Below are positions 23,780 to 33,930 of a stretch of DNA of 59,377 nucleotides, piece by piece. The stretch is from positions 1 to 59,377 of IMG/VR virus record IMGVR_UViG_3300044949_001207, one strand, 5' to 3'. The stretch's first letter is position 1. Each line of letters opens with the position of its first letter. The position numbers were made by a program, and so were the translations under genes. The stretch is from a virus (taxonomy: Duplodnaviria > Caudoviricetes). The notes under the pieces are model-generated. The model ran no database searches, was not told the origin of the DNA, and was given only the letters and a program-made list of their open reading frames with translations.

Positions 23780-26700
23780 TCAGTACCCAAGTATGGAAAG
23801 TGATGTCGCCTTGCGTTTGCGTGGCTTTTCCGCGGCGCGAGCCTTGCGTTGCTCTGCAGCCAGCACTTGATCCAGCAGAGCCTTCCTCTGCAGATCGGGA
23901 GGAGCGTCCTGGATGCGCTCCTTGTCGATGGTGGAGATCACCATGTCGTTCGTGTAGCCGCGGAGATCCTTGGCAAGCTCTCGACGCGCTTCGGTGTCCG
24001 CATAATCCGGATCGATGACCGCGGCCTGAATGCCAGCGGTCGTGTTGAACCCCTCCTTGACGAGCCGCTGCGGCAGGGGGAGCCGGTCATCCAGCAGGCC
24101 ACCGGCCAGGTTCACAAGTCGCTGTGTGCCTGGGATGTTCGAGCCGATCACCTTCGCCAACGGGGACAGGTTGTCGCCGCCGCTGATGGCCCGATAAATC
24201 TTGTTGATCGCCGGGTTGCTCTGGTCGAGCGGCCTCTTCGAGAACAGGTCTTGGTTGAACGCAAGCTCCGCTGCACCCTTGATGAACGGATTGGTCTGCC
24301 CAAAAAGATTGCCAATCGTCCCCTGGATGCTGTCGGGTTGCCACAAAGACAACGCATCGACGCCTGGGTAGTCGAAGTTCCGGAGCACAGTCTGCGTCCC
24401 AGGAGGCTGCGTCATTCCGAGGGACTCCATCACGCCGTCCGGAATGCGGATGGTGAACTGCTGCCGCATCCCCTCTGGGATATAGGTCTCCTCTGTCGGT
24501 CGCTGCAGGATGTCCATGCCCCGTAGCGCCTGGGCATACTGACCGCCGGGGTTCTGCAGCAGGCTCTCGACAACGTACTTGCCAATGCGGCTCTGGTATG
24601 TCCACCAAGGAAAAATTTTCTTGGCGAATCCGCGCTCGAAGGTGGTGAGAGACCCGTAGTCCACCAGGCTACGCTTGATGCGGTCGGCGCTTTGCAGCGG
24701 ACTGTTGCCCTGAGACAGAAGTGCGATCCACCCGCCGAGCCGAGCGATAGAGTCGTTGGCATCGCTCAGCTTTTGTGACCAGTTGAGTACGGGATTGCGA
24801 GTCTCGAACTTGTTGGTCAGGCCGCGAATCTGAGCAACGTCGCCCAGCATCTGCAGCGGATTGCGGCTACCATCCGGCAGCAGCTCACGAAACGCACCAG
24901 ACCTGGTGACGGGCGTGACGCCAGGCAGTACGCGGCTCACATCACCGGCCTGCCGGGCGGTCAGCAGATCGGATTGGGCCAGCGACTGCAGGACACCGGA
25001 CGAAGCAGCGTCCTCGAAGAACCGACGCTTGAGCAGCGCGGTGTCGTTGATGCCCTGGTACTGCGGAAGTTTGGCGATGCGAGGCAGCACATCATCGATG
25101 TTCCCGGCCAGCACCGATTTGGCGATGGAGAATCCCTGGTAGGTGACCGCTGGGTTGCCGGTCTCCAGCCACACCGACAGGACGTTGCTATACATGTCCC
25201 TGACATGGCGGGCGGGCCAGGCGAGAACCGCACTTTTGAATAGGTTGGTGAAGCTGTCCAGCAGTCCGCTCACCTCCTGCTGCGCGCGGGGCGAGCTGTA
25301 GAAGTCCTGGATTCGGCCCAGGCGGTTGTAGACCTCTTCGGGAATGGACAGCTGCGACAGATCGACCTGGCTGGGATTCATTCCAAACTTTGCCGCCACC
25401 CGATCTACGATCTGCTTGCGAACAGCTGAGTCGAGACCGGCGGCACCCGTCTTCAGGCCGACCTTTCCGGCGATCTCCTGAGCTGCTGCGTCGAGATTCC
25501 GGAAACCGCTGCCACCCACCTGTCGGTACTGGGCGGGAATGGCCGAATCCACCAGGCTGTCGTAGACATACTTGGCGTTCTCCCGCGCCACAGCCTGACT
25601 GACGATGACGCGGGTCTGCTCATTGAGGGGATGACCAGCAAACGCCGGGACGTTGGCTGGCAAGTCCTTGTTCAGGCGGTACATGACGCCAGCAATAGCC
25701 TCGCCCTGAGCCTGGTCGATGGCCTGGCGTCCTGCCCTGCCGTTCACGAACCTGACGATCTCTGCACCAACGGACGCGGCGCTCTGCGGCGACTCCCGGC
25801 CTTGCATCGCGTAGTCGCGGACAACCTGGAGCATCGATATCTCACGCAGCTCCGAGGTTCCACCAGGCGTGGACAGCGCCGGATTCCGGCTCATGCCCTC
25901 CAGTGTGCGAGTGTTGAAGAGCGACCGCCCGTACCCCTCTCCGTACTCACCGAAATCGAACTCCGACCCGGTGCGCGGCGAATAGAGGGTGCCGTGCTTG
26001 TCCTTGATTTCGGTGTAGTTCAGGCCGAGCCGCTTCGCCTCAGCGACGTTGGTGCGCCGCAGCCTGTCCCAGCTCTGCACCGCACTATCAAAGCCTGGCA
26101 GAGCCTGTGCGACGGCCCTGTCGGTAGCCGTCATCTTCCCCTCGAATGCCCGCTGCAGCAGATCATTCCCCTGAGGGGACATTAAGGAGTCGGCACCCAA
26201 CAGGGACTTCGCCCGGTCGGTCATTGGGATCGACGTTGCGGTGAACGCATGGCTGGCGGCGGCGGCACGACCCATCTGCTTTGCGCCTTCCAGCCGATTC
26301 CAATGTTTGAGCGCCTCAAGCTGGTCGCCAGCCTCCGTCATCCCAGCAACGCGCTGATCGAACAGGGAGCTGGCAAGCCGCGCGGGCTTGCTCCATGCGA
26401 TAGCCTGCCCGGCGGCATCCAAGGCGTCCGCTACCTTCGAGCTTCCTGGCGGTGCGAACGTAAAAGGCCCAAACCCGAATAGCCCGCCAAGCTTCTCGCC
26501 CTTGATATCGTCGTACCCAAGACCCTTGTTGCCGAGGTACTGAGTGACGCGCGTAAGTGCCTCTTGCGGGTCTGGCGCAGCCTGCACAGCCTCGTCCAGG
26601 GTGGTGCTGAGCCGGGCGGCGCGGGGGCCGACAAGCGGGCGAATCGCGTAGTTGGCTTCATTTTTCGCCAGCCCCATCGGCAGCAGATCATCAAGGGCAG

Positions 26701-27181
26701 CGTCGGCAGCTCTGCCAGTGAGCGTCTGCTTGGCCGCAGCACCCATCCGCCGCTGCGCCGCAATCGGAGCGTAGTCGAGCACCCCGGCGGCTCTTGCCGC
26801 CTTGCCCGCGCGGGTCAGTGCGGACATCGGCAGCGCTGCCCAAGTCATTGGGTCTGTCAGGACGGAGACCCCGAAGTCTGCCGCCGCCGTGGCGTAGGGA
26901 TTCTTCCAGTCCTTCGTCAGGCCGTAGCTCTTGAGCAGCTCATCCCCTGTGACCCGACGCTCCGAGTCCCAGGAAAACCCCGACAGTGGATCTCCAGCAA
27001 GTACGCCGCGGGCGATAGCGCCAGGCGTGTCGAGCGTCTTGGCGATGGTGTCGAGCGCACCCCAAGAGTTCGAGACCAGGCTGCGCAGCAGATCCTGCTT
27101 CTCCTCCTCAGGCATGGTCGGGCCGCGGCGCGGCGAGGCCAGCCGACCGTACTCGTCGTAGATTGGCGTGATGCCGATCAT
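23780..27181 (-). CDS. Large virion/ejection-like protein
   Basis: 1133 aa; DYGSLTTFER..KKIFPWWTY motif typical of large ejected proteins; position after tail genes. Confidence 0.65.
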   Translation of the reverse strand: MIGITPIYDEYGRLASPRRGPTMPEEEKQDLLRSLVSNSWGALDTIAKTLDTPGAIARGVLAGDPLSGFSWDSERRVTGDELLKSYGLTKDWKNPYATAAADFGVSVLTDPMTWAALPMSALTRAGKAARAAGVLDYAPIAAQRRMGAAAKQTLTGRAADAALDDLLPMGLAKNEANYAIRPLVGPRAARLSTTLDEAVQAAPDPQEALTRVTQYLGNKGLGYDDIKGEKLGGLFGFGPFTFAPPGSSKVADALDAAGQAIAWSKPARLASSLFDQRVAGMTEAGDQLEALKHWNRLEGAKQMGRAAAASHAFTATSIPMTDRAKSLLGADSLMSPQGNDLLQRAFEGKMTATDRAVAQALPGFDSAVQSWDRLRRTNVAEAKRLGLNYTEIKDKHGTLYSPRTGSEFDFGEYGEGYGRSLFNTRTLEGMSRNPALSTPGGTSELREISMLQVVRDYAMQGRESPQSAASVGAEIVRFVNGRAGRQAIDQAQGEAIAGVMYRLNKDLPANVPAFAGHPLNEQTRVIVSQAVARENAKYVYDSLVDSAIPAQYRQVGGSGFRNLDAAAQEIAGKVGLKTGAAGLDSAVRKQIVDRVAAKFGMNPSQVDLSQLSIPEEVYNRLGRIQDFYSSPRAQQEVSGLLDSFTNLFKSAVLAWPARHVRDMYSNVLSVWLETGNPAVTYQGFSIAKSVLAGNIDDVLPRIAKLPQYQGINDTALLKRRFFEDAASSGVLQSLAQSDLLTARQAGDVSRVLPGVTPVTRSGAFRELLPDGSRNPLQMLGDVAQIRGLTNKFETRNPVLNWSQKLSDANDSIARLGGWIALLSQGNSPLQSADRIKRSLVDYGSLTTFERGFAKKIFPWWTYQSRIGKYVVESLLQNPGGQYAQALRGMDILQRPTEETYIPEGMRQQFTIRIPDGVMESLGMTQPPGTQTVLRNFDYPGVDALSLWQPDSIQGTIGNLFGQTNPFIKGAAELAFNQDLFSKRPLDQSNPAINKIYRAISGGDNLSPLAKVIGSNIPGTQRLVNLAGGLLDDRLPLPQRLVKEGFNTTAGIQAAVIDPDYADTEARRELAKDLRGYTNDMVISTIDKERIQDAPPDLQRKALLDQVLAAEQRKARAAEKPRKRKATSLSILGY

Positions 27182-27891
27182 CGTTTGTAGCTGAAGGAGG
27201 GCGTCAGGGCAGTCCAGCTGCCCATGGTTTGGTAGTGGTAGCTGGGAGACCCCTGCGTGTACGCAGCCTGGCTCGTCGTGTCAGCCGGTTTCGACGGGTT
27301 CGGATCTTCCATCGGGAACGACCGGCGATCTGGGATTTCGCTGATCTTGTCCACCAGCCCAGACAGGGCCAGCTGCGGAGCGTTTGGGAACTTGTCCTCC
27401 GCAGGCATCGCCACAGGCGTCGGTGCCTCAGTCTGGTTGACCAGGGACTCAGCCTGCGGCGGAGCGTCAGAGCCAAGGCGAGGCGTCTGGGTGGCGGCGG
27501 TCGGCTGATCGTCCAGCAGGGCGGCTGTCACAGGCCTCTGCTCCTGAGGTTTCTGCGGCTGTTCAAGCGACTCCTGTCGCTGGGTCGCCACCTTCTGCAT
27601 GTCGCTCGACGCCTTTTCCACAAGCGGCGGCGGAGCCGGGGCGGTTTGCTGCGGTGCCTGCTCTGCCTGAGCCGCCTGCTCCTGCTCTTGCTGCTGCTGT
27701 TCCTCCTGCTTCTTCTCCTGCTGCTGCTGCTCCTGCTGCTGCTGAACCTGGTTGCGCGGTGCAGACGAGGACTGCTGCGTGGAAGACCCAGACCTAGACA
27801 TCCGATTAGCCAGCAGTCCGAGGAGCGGCCTGCGCATCGGCATGCTGCGCCGCAGTCCACCACCCAGCAACCCACCAAGTAGGCCAAACAT
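27178..27891 (-). CDS. Gln/Pro-rich low-complexity protein
   Basis: MFGLLGGLLGGG N-terminus, poly-Q/E tract; coupled. Confidence 0.6.
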   Translation of the reverse strand: MFGLLGGLLGGGLRRSMPMRRPLLGLLANRMSRSGSSTQQSSSAPRNQVQQQQEQQQQEKKQEEQQQQEQEQAAQAEQAPQQTAPAPPPLVEKASSDMQKVATQRQESLEQPQKPQEQRPVTAALLDDQPTAATQTPRLGSDAPPQAESLVNQTEAPTPVAMPAEDKFPNAPQLALSGLVDKISEIPDRRSFPMEDPNPSKPADTTSQAAYTQGSPSYHYQTMGSWTALTPSFSYKR

Positions 27892-28142
27892 TATTTCTTA
27901 CCCGTTGCCATGCCGTTGTTTCGCGCAGCAGCCTGCCGGTACTGCTCAGCCAGGTCTTCGAGCTGCTTGATGGCGTTGCCGCCCTCGTCATCACCACCCG
28001 CCTCCCGGTTGCCCCAGCGAACCGCGGCATCCCAGGCTCTTTCCTCAGGCGACTTCTGATAGCCGCCGCGACCGCCTCCACCTCCTCCGCCGCGCTGCTT
28101 CAGCAGATACTGGATCAACGCAGGAATTAACGCAGACATCAC
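27891..28142 (-). CDS. Small Gly-rich protein
   Basis: Coupled at both ends. Confidence 0.55.
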   Translation of the reverse strand: MMSALIPALIQYLLKQRGGGGGGGRGGYQKSPEERAWDAAVRWGNREAGGDDEGGNAIKQLEDLAEQYRQAAARNNGMATGKK

Positions 28143-29476
28143 TCAGCTCCTGTTGGCTGCGGCTCTTGGTCGCGGGGGAAGACATACTTGTAGGGGGTCT
28201 CATTGACAGGGTCTGCGATCATTCGCTCAAGCGCCGCCCTGTGCTGGGTGAGCTTGGTGAGGACAGCAGACTGAACCTGTGCCGCGTTAGCCCGACCGTC
28301 TTCGCCAGCCATGCGCTTCTGGTAGACGTTGATGTAGACAGGCCCAAGCTCTCCTTCTATTGCCTGGCGTCGTGCCTCAGGCGTCGGAAGGGTGCTGTAT
28401 CGGTCAGACAGCAGTTGACGCATCTTGCCGTCAATCAGCCTCATCTTCGCGTATGCGGGATTCGCATCCTGCCCAGCACCGGCTGCAGCGCGGTGCTCAT
28501 CCAGGGCAGACAGGTATCCCTCCAAATAAAAGCTGGTGTCTTGAGCGGCGATGATGCCGCGTTCCATCGCCTCTTCCTTCTTTGCAGCATCCTCATTCAT
28601 CACAAACCCAGGTATCTGCGACCTCGCCGCCATCCTGCGGGCGAGAATCTCTCGCACGCGCTCATCGGAAGGCTTGGTGACATCGGAGCGAATCGTCTGC
28701 TCTGCGTTCTGGGCAAAAGCGCCAGACTTGATCTCCAGCTCCTGTTGCTGCAGATCAAGTGATCGCTTTACGTTGGTCTGCGATGCCTCATGCAACTCCT
28801 GCTGCGCCTTGAGGGTCGCGGCGGCGATCCCGATGTTGAGCGCTTGCTTGGCAAACTCAGTCTCAGTGCGGGAGGTGACGGCATCGCGCATGCCGATTGC
28901 GGCCCGCGCACGCCGGATGTGCTCGTCGCCGCGCGACATCCACATCTGATCGTCCAGCACCGAAGGCCTAGCTGCCGCCTGGGGAGCTGCGGCCTGGGCA
29001 GGGGCTTGCTGAGGTGCTGCGGGCTGGGGGGTCGGCGCAGCCTGACCAGACGGCACCTCCCGTAGCGACCCAGGAACAAACGACTCCCCAGGCCCAAGAG
29101 TCACGCCCTCTGGCAACGCTTGAGACTGCGACTGCATGACGGGTACGCGGCGGCACCCGCCAGGGCCGCACTCAATGCGGTACGCCTGCGACTGCTGCGG
29201 AGCGCTTGCCAGCCGGATCGTCGGGCCTGGGGCATCAGCCGCTGGCGCTTCCTGCTGGCCGTAGACATCGTCCATGTTGGCCGAGGCTAGGCGAGTTGGC
29301 GGCACCACAGACGAGATGTCGATCCCCTGCGCCCGATCCGTCATGGCCTGGGTGTCGAGAGCATTCAACGCTCCGCGCATGCCGGGATTGTCGCCGCCGG
29401 TTTGGGACATCGGGCTGTACTGCATCCGCTGCCGCGGGCGGCGAATCTTCGCCATGAGCTGTTCGAGCATTTCCAT
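28139..29476 (-). CDS. Putative internal virion/ejection protein
   Basis: 445 aa, Ala/Gln-rich helical; AAGGAG SD. Confidence 0.55.
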   Translation of the reverse strand: MEMLEQLMAKIRRPRQRMQYSPMSQTGGDNPGMRGALNALDTQAMTDRAQGIDISSVVPPTRLASANMDDVYGQQEAPAADAPGPTIRLASAPQQSQAYRIECGPGGCRRVPVMQSQSQALPEGVTLGPGESFVPGSLREVPSGQAAPTPQPAAPQQAPAQAAAPQAAARPSVLDDQMWMSRGDEHIRRARAAIGMRDAVTSRTETEFAKQALNIGIAAATLKAQQELHEASQTNVKRSLDLQQQELEIKSGAFAQNAEQTIRSDVTKPSDERVREILARRMAARSQIPGFVMNEDAAKKEEAMERGIIAAQDTSFYLEGYLSALDEHRAAAGAGQDANPAYAKMRLIDGKMRQLLSDRYSTLPTPEARRQAIEGELGPVYINVYQKRMAGEDGRANAAQVQSAVLTKLTQHRAALERMIADPVNETPYKYVFPRDQEPQPTGAE

Positions 29477-29493
29477 CGTCGTACTCCTTTGCC

Positions 29494-29745
29494 TTACTGT
29501 GCCGGTGTCGGCCTTGTGCGCGGTGCGGGGCGAACCACTGGGGCAGGCTCATCGTCGGTGGGCGTTAGTGCTGCGTACCATTCCGCGAAACGCTGTAGCG
29601 GCCCTCCTGGAACAGCGTCTGTCAGTGCGTCATCGCAGGCCAGCCAGCCGCCCTGCTTGCCGCGCACGACGCTGACGCGAACGCTGCCTGTGTTGAACGC
29701 CGCAAGCGATGCGCGCTGCCCGTCCGTCACCGTCAGCCAGCCCAT
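29494..29745 (-). CDS. Hypothetical protein
   Basis: GGAG SD; MGWLTVTD. Confidence 0.55.
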   Translation of the reverse strand: MGWLTVTDGQRASLAAFNTGSVRVSVVRGKQGGWLACDDALTDAVPGGPLQRFAEWYAALTPTDDEPAPVVRPAPRTRPTPAQ

Positions 29746-29758
29746 TAGACGACTCCAC

Positions 29759-30724
29759 TCATGGGTGATTAGTTGTGATCGCGCGGCCAAGCGCAGTTTG
29801 GAATGCCGCCATCGCGGTGTTGTACGCAGATCGGGCGGCGCTAGAGCCAAGCGACTTGCCGACCGAATACGCGGCGATGGTTGCGGACGCGCCGTAATAG
29901 TCAGTGAATGGAGTATAGTCTGGGTCTGATACGTTAGTCTGCGCAAAACCGCCAGCCACAAGCGGGGTCGGATAGTTTGTGGCGTTTTGAAACGACACTA
30001 GGGAGCCAGTTGTAGTCCCGTATGTAATGTCAGTGCCGTTCCGGGTGTACACGCCTGTGTTGGACGAAGGGAATTCAGCAAGGTGAAACCCATATCCCCT
30101 GCTGTTCTTGTTCGCCTCAACGAAGTGGTTTGCTGTTCCCGTAGAGCCTGCGCCTGCCACCATTGTGTTGCAGGGCATGTTAGAGAGCGTCGTGCTCAAC
30201 ACGCCGCCGCCGTACGAGGCGTCAATCACAAGCCCGCAATCGTCAGCCCAGCCGCCCCAATCCATATAGCCAAACAGGAAAAGTTCGCCGTAGTCGCGGT
30301 TGTAGACCGCCAGATGCACGTCGTTGTATTGGCAGCCGAATGTGTAGGCAGTTGGAAGGTCAAGCCCAGTGTCCAGCACCTTGTAGTAATCGCCAGCAAG
30401 GCCCGTTGCCTCTGAGTAGTTCGCGGACACATACGGCCCGATGTTTGCGTCTATGGTGCCGCCGTACTGCGTGCCGCTTGCCGACGCACCGCGGTAAAGC
30501 GGCGTTCTGGCGGCTGCGAGGTTGCCGCCGCAGATGAGGTTGAGTCGCAGGAACTTGCTGCGGATGCCAGCCGCGTCGATGGCCCTACAAAAGGCGGAAA
30601 CCGCCGACATCACAGAAGGCGTGATGCCCGTTCCGCCGTTTGCCAGAGCAGCAGTACGCCACGCCACAGCCTCTGGGTGGTAGCTGCGCTTCCTTGGGCG
30701 GTTTGTGCGCGGGTTGTACGGCAT
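29759..30724 (-). CDS. Putative tail-associated/receptor-binding protein
   Basis: HPEAVAW...ANGG...AARTPLY...AFQTALGR pattern; G/T/S-rich. Confidence 0.6.
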   Translation of the reverse strand: MPYNPRTNRPRKRSYHPEAVAWRTAALANGGTGITPSVMSAVSAFCRAIDAAGIRSKFLRLNLICGGNLAAARTPLYRGASASGTQYGGTIDANIGPYVSANYSEATGLAGDYYKVLDTGLDLPTAYTFGCQYNDVHLAVYNRDYGELFLFGYMDWGGWADDCGLVIDASYGGGVLSTTLSNMPCNTMVAGAGSTGTANHFVEANKNSRGYGFHLAEFPSSNTGVYTRNGTDITYGTTTGSLVSFQNATNYPTPLVAGGFAQTNVSDPDYTPFTDYYGASATIAAYSVGKSLGSSAARSAYNTAMAAFQTALGRAITTNHP

Positions 30725-30796
30725 AGCTGCGCCTGTCTAGCGGGCGGGTGCTGTGCCGCCTCCTAGTGTTTGTGGGCGGGAGGCCTGCCTCATCAG

Positions 30797-31144
30797 CTAC
30801 CCAATCGCAGCCCTGCGGGAGGCGTATTCCGCCGACAGCTCAGCCCTCGCCTGCCCATAGGCCAGCATCATCGCCGTCATGTCTTCGAGGCTGGAGAAGG
30901 TGCGGGGGACGCCATCCTTGTCGATCACCGGGGGCAGGGCAGCACCGGCAGCGTCGGCCTCCTTGGCGAGGACGAACACACCAGTGAGAAGGCTCACATC
31001 CTGCTCCGTCAGGCCCAGCCTCCAGCCGTCTGGAGTGGGCCAGCCATCGGCAATGACGTTTGCCCACCAGAAGTCCAGGTTGGCGAGGTCGGTCGCCTTC
31101 TGGATCTCAGCCTGACGCTCTGGGTCGATGCTAATTAGCGGCAT
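30797..31144 (-). CDS. Tail fibre-associated protein
   Basis: GAGG SD; follows fibre chaperone. Confidence 0.55.
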   Translation of the reverse strand: MPLISIDPERQAEIQKATDLANLDFWWANVIADGWPTPDGWRLGLTEQDVSLLTGVFVLAKEADAAGAALPPVIDKDGVPRTFSSLEDMTAMMLAYGQARAELSAEYASRRAAIG

Positions 31145-31385
31145 TGTTCCTCTCCGCATGCCAGGCTTCCGCACCGATCCCATGTCCGTGCGGGTTGGAA
31201 AAGTCTGCCGTCCAGGCGTCCCGGTAGATGCTGTCCTCCGGAAGGTCTGAGTGCTGGATGATGAGGTACGGACGCCCGGCGGGAACGTCCTTTCGTGCGA
31301 TCTCCTCTACCGACAGGCCGCAGGCCACAGGGAAGATGATCGCGATTCCGCCATCGTCGTTCGGGTAAATGATTCGCTCGTCCAT
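31131..31385 (-). CDS. Tail fibre assembly chaperone-like protein
   Basis: IIYPNDDGGIAII...IARKDVPAG.PY...LP.D..YRDAW; AGGAGG SD. Confidence 0.7.
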   Translation of the reverse strand: MDERIIYPNDDGGIAIIFPVACGLSVEEIARKDVPAGRPYLIIQHSDLPEDSIYRDAWTADFSNPHGHGIGAEAWHAERNNAAN

Positions 31386-31393
31386 GAGTCCTC

Positions 31394-32599
31394 CTAGCGG
31401 AATACGGCAACACTCATTGTCGTGGGGTTGGCATACGCCGCAGAGTCCACATGGGCGATCTGGCAGTACGCCACATTGCGCGAAGTCACTGTGTCGTAGG
31501 TCGAGCCTCTTGAGTTGACCGCTTCGGCGGTGCTCGAACCAAACACGACCGCGTAGTTGGTGTCGGGCATGGTGTTGAGGAAGTTGACCTGATACCGGCC
31601 TGCGCCAGTGATCTGCACAACAGAGGTCACGCCACCAGACGCAAGCAGTGGGTAGTTCGTATTGGACGAGAAGGTGATGCTTCCAATCCAGGATCGACCC
31701 GTTGCGGCCACCCGATACCAAGCCCCGGTGGTGGCATTCCATGCCCAGTGCGTGTTGTCGGCGGGTGTGGTGTAATTCGTCCGTCCATCCGCTGCCGTGG
31801 CGGAGACCGCCGACAGGGTGTTGCTGTACAGGGAGTTTTCCAGATCCTTGATCTTCGTGACCGTAGCGCCTGACGCTACGTCAGCAGTGATCGTTCCGTC
31901 GAGGTACAGCGAATTGGTCTTGCCGTACCTGGCCGCGATGGTGGCCTGGTTGTTGATCGTCGTGCTACCAGAGGTGTTGCCGGTGAAAAACGCCCATGCA
32001 CGAACCGCGTACTGCGGACGCATGACCGGGGTGTAGTCTGGCGAACCGGAACTTTGGCCGGGAATGGCCGACCAGGTGGTGCCTTCCGAGTCGATCTGCC
32101 ACCGAAGCTTGCCTTCCGTAGCGATGCCGACAGTGTTCTCGTCGGGGAAGAAGACTCCAGTGTCGCCGTCGAGCGTCGTGCTGTACGCGGGCGCAGCCGA
32201 GGTTCCGGCGTCGGTCTTGAGCTGGCCGGTGAACACCGGGCTGGCAAGGCTCTGCATGCCGTCCAGGAACACCCGCGCGGCGGCGGCAGTGGCGCATGCC
32301 AGCAGGCCGCGACCAACTGAAGTGCAGGCGATCTCCTCGACAACACCTGAGCCGCTGCTGGCCCTGCCCAGGATCTTGTCCGTCGCACTGACGTTCTGGA
32401 TCTTGGCGTAGGTCACCGCATTGTTGACGAGCTTCGCCGTCGTGACCGTACCGTCGCCTGGAGGCCCGCCGCCAATCGCGGCGATGGTTCCGGCGCTGAT
32501 CCGCACAGTCTGGCTGAACGTACTGTCGATGGCCGGGAGGAAGTCGGTCGAATTCGCAGACCGGGTCTCCAGCTCACTGATCTTCACTGCATCTGGCAT
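31394..32599 (-). CDS. Tail fibre protein
   Basis: KISEL N-terminus, VTTAKL/VTYAKI repeats, DTGVF motif, C-terminal RAW..F...GRYQVNF...MPDTNYAV. Confidence 0.8.
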   Translation of the reverse strand: MPDAVKISELETRSANSTDFLPAIDSTFSQTVRISAGTIAAIGGGPPGDGTVTTAKLVNNAVTYAKIQNVSATDKILGRASSGSGVVEEIACTSVGRGLLACATAAAARVFLDGMQSLASPVFTGQLKTDAGTSAAPAYSTTLDGDTGVFFPDENTVGIATEGKLRWQIDSEGTTWSAIPGQSSGSPDYTPVMRPQYAVRAWAFFTGNTSGSTTINNQATIAARYGKTNSLYLDGTITADVASGATVTKIKDLENSLYSNTLSAVSATAADGRTNYTTPADNTHWAWNATTGAWYRVAATGRSWIGSITFSSNTNYPLLASGGVTSVVQITGAGRYQVNFLNTMPDTNYAVVFGSSTAEAVNSRGSTYDTVTSRNVAYCQIAHVDSAAYANPTTMSVAVFR

Positions 32600-32600
32600 G

Positions 32601-32942
32601 TCAGCCCTTCAGCAAAAGTTGACAAGTGACCGTCCCCGATCCGGTGGTCGCGGTAACGTAGAACGCCCCAAACAGCTCATCGGGGATCGGGTAGCACCGA
32701 CCGCCAACAACGCTCAGCGTCACCGCCGTGCCGGTGGAGTCGTAAGCCTGAAACGATGTCGATGAATCGGACTGCGTCTTCACATAGAAAGTCAGGGTCG
32801 TGGACGCTGACCCAGAGGCTACCAGGATCATCCCGCCGCAATAGGTGTTCAGGGCGAACCCACCGCTGGTGGACAGGCTTGTGGTGAACACGACGGAGTT
32901 CGATGTCAGGTCGTTGAACCGACAGGTCTGGATGAGGGTCAT
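32601..32942 (-). CDS. Small beta-rich structural protein
   Basis: T/S-rich 113 aa; TGATG coupling. Confidence 0.6.
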   Translation of the reverse strand: MTLIQTCRFNDLTSNSVVFTTSLSTSGGFALNTYCGGMILVASGSASTTLTFYVKTQSDSSTSFQAYDSTGTAVTLSVVGGRCYPIPDELFGAFYVTATTGSGTVTCQLLLKG

Positions 32943-33922
32943 CAGTAGCTCCTGCTCCGCTGAATGCGGTCTAGTGTGGTCGGCTGCGCAGGCGAGGTGC
33001 CAGCGGGTTTTTGCTGCGGGGCCAGGCCCATCTCCTGAAGATGCGCGGCCTCAGCTGCAGCCAGGTCTGGATCGAATCCGCCGCCTTTCTGCGATTGCTG
33101 CGGCTGAGGAGTCCCGCCAAGGACACCGGCACCCTTCAGGGCGTAGTAACCGATGGGCAGCATTGACCCGCCGAGCATGGCACCGGCGACCCGCTTGATG
33201 GTCGGCATGTTGCGGTTGAGCGCCGACTCAATGCCTAAAGACGCTGGCGGCACCTGCCCCTTGTCGAAGTACCTGTTCCTCGCAGCCTCATCCTGCGCAT
33301 CCGCCCACTGCTTCGAGCCTGGCTGCGGCCCCTTCTTCCCCTTGCTTGGCTTTGGGTCAGCGGCTGCGGTGCCTGCGTCAACGGTATCCCCAGCGGCAGC
33401 GGCTACGCCGGGCTTGCGAAACACCACTGCCACATTTACGCCATTTGCGTCGAGATCGAACTGCTTCAGGTCTCCGCCCGTCATGGCGGCTTGAATGCCG
33501 TTTCCGATAACTCGCCCTAGCACCTCAGGATCGACGGTTCGTCGCCGCTTCTTGGTCGAGCCGGGCTTCGTTGCGGCTGTCGCCGGGTCAGCTCCGACAT
33601 CAGCATCCGATGCAGGCGTGGACGGATTGACGTTCGTCTGCAGCTGCGGCCCGCCTGGTGCGGGGTTGTTGGCGTTCCAGGTCAGCAGCGCCTCGCCGTC
33701 TGCCATGAGCGGGGCGATCTGGTCGGGCGGGACTCCGCGGGTTTCCAAGTGGTCGATCACATCGACAAGCGTTGTGGTCTTGGGGTCAAGGCCCAGATTC
33801 GTGGCGACGAATGGAAGCGGCACTGTCCCAACCATCGGCGGAGGAGCGCCGATGGCAGGGCCGCTAGGCTTCGTTGGCGTCTTCGGCTTGGCACTGGGCG
33901 GAGTCTTCGGAGGCTTTGCCAT
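32942..33922 (-). CDS. Hypothetical virion-module protein
   Basis: 326 aa, P/A/K-rich. Confidence 0.6.
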   Translation of the reverse strand: MAKPPKTPPSAKPKTPTKPSGPAIGAPPPMVGTVPLPFVATNLGLDPKTTTLVDVIDHLETRGVPPDQIAPLMADGEALLTWNANNPAPGGPQLQTNVNPSTPASDADVGADPATAATKPGSTKKRRRTVDPEVLGRVIGNGIQAAMTGGDLKQFDLDANGVNVAVVFRKPGVAAAAGDTVDAGTAAADPKPSKGKKGPQPGSKQWADAQDEAARNRYFDKGQVPPASLGIESALNRNMPTIKRVAGAMLGGSMLPIGYYALKGAGVLGGTPQPQQSQKGGGFDPDLAAAEAAHLQEMGLAPQQKPAGTSPAQPTTLDRIQRSRSY

Positions 33923-33930
33923 GGTGAGTC

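Noticed and set aside
27680-27750. CTG/CAG microsatellite as a contingency locus
   Set aside because: Interrupted in-frame triplets encoding a Q/E tract; length change would not switch frame
29759-32599. Diversity-generating retroelement or invertible tail-fibre switch
   Set aside because: No reverse transcriptase, template/variable repeat pair or inverted recombination sites seen
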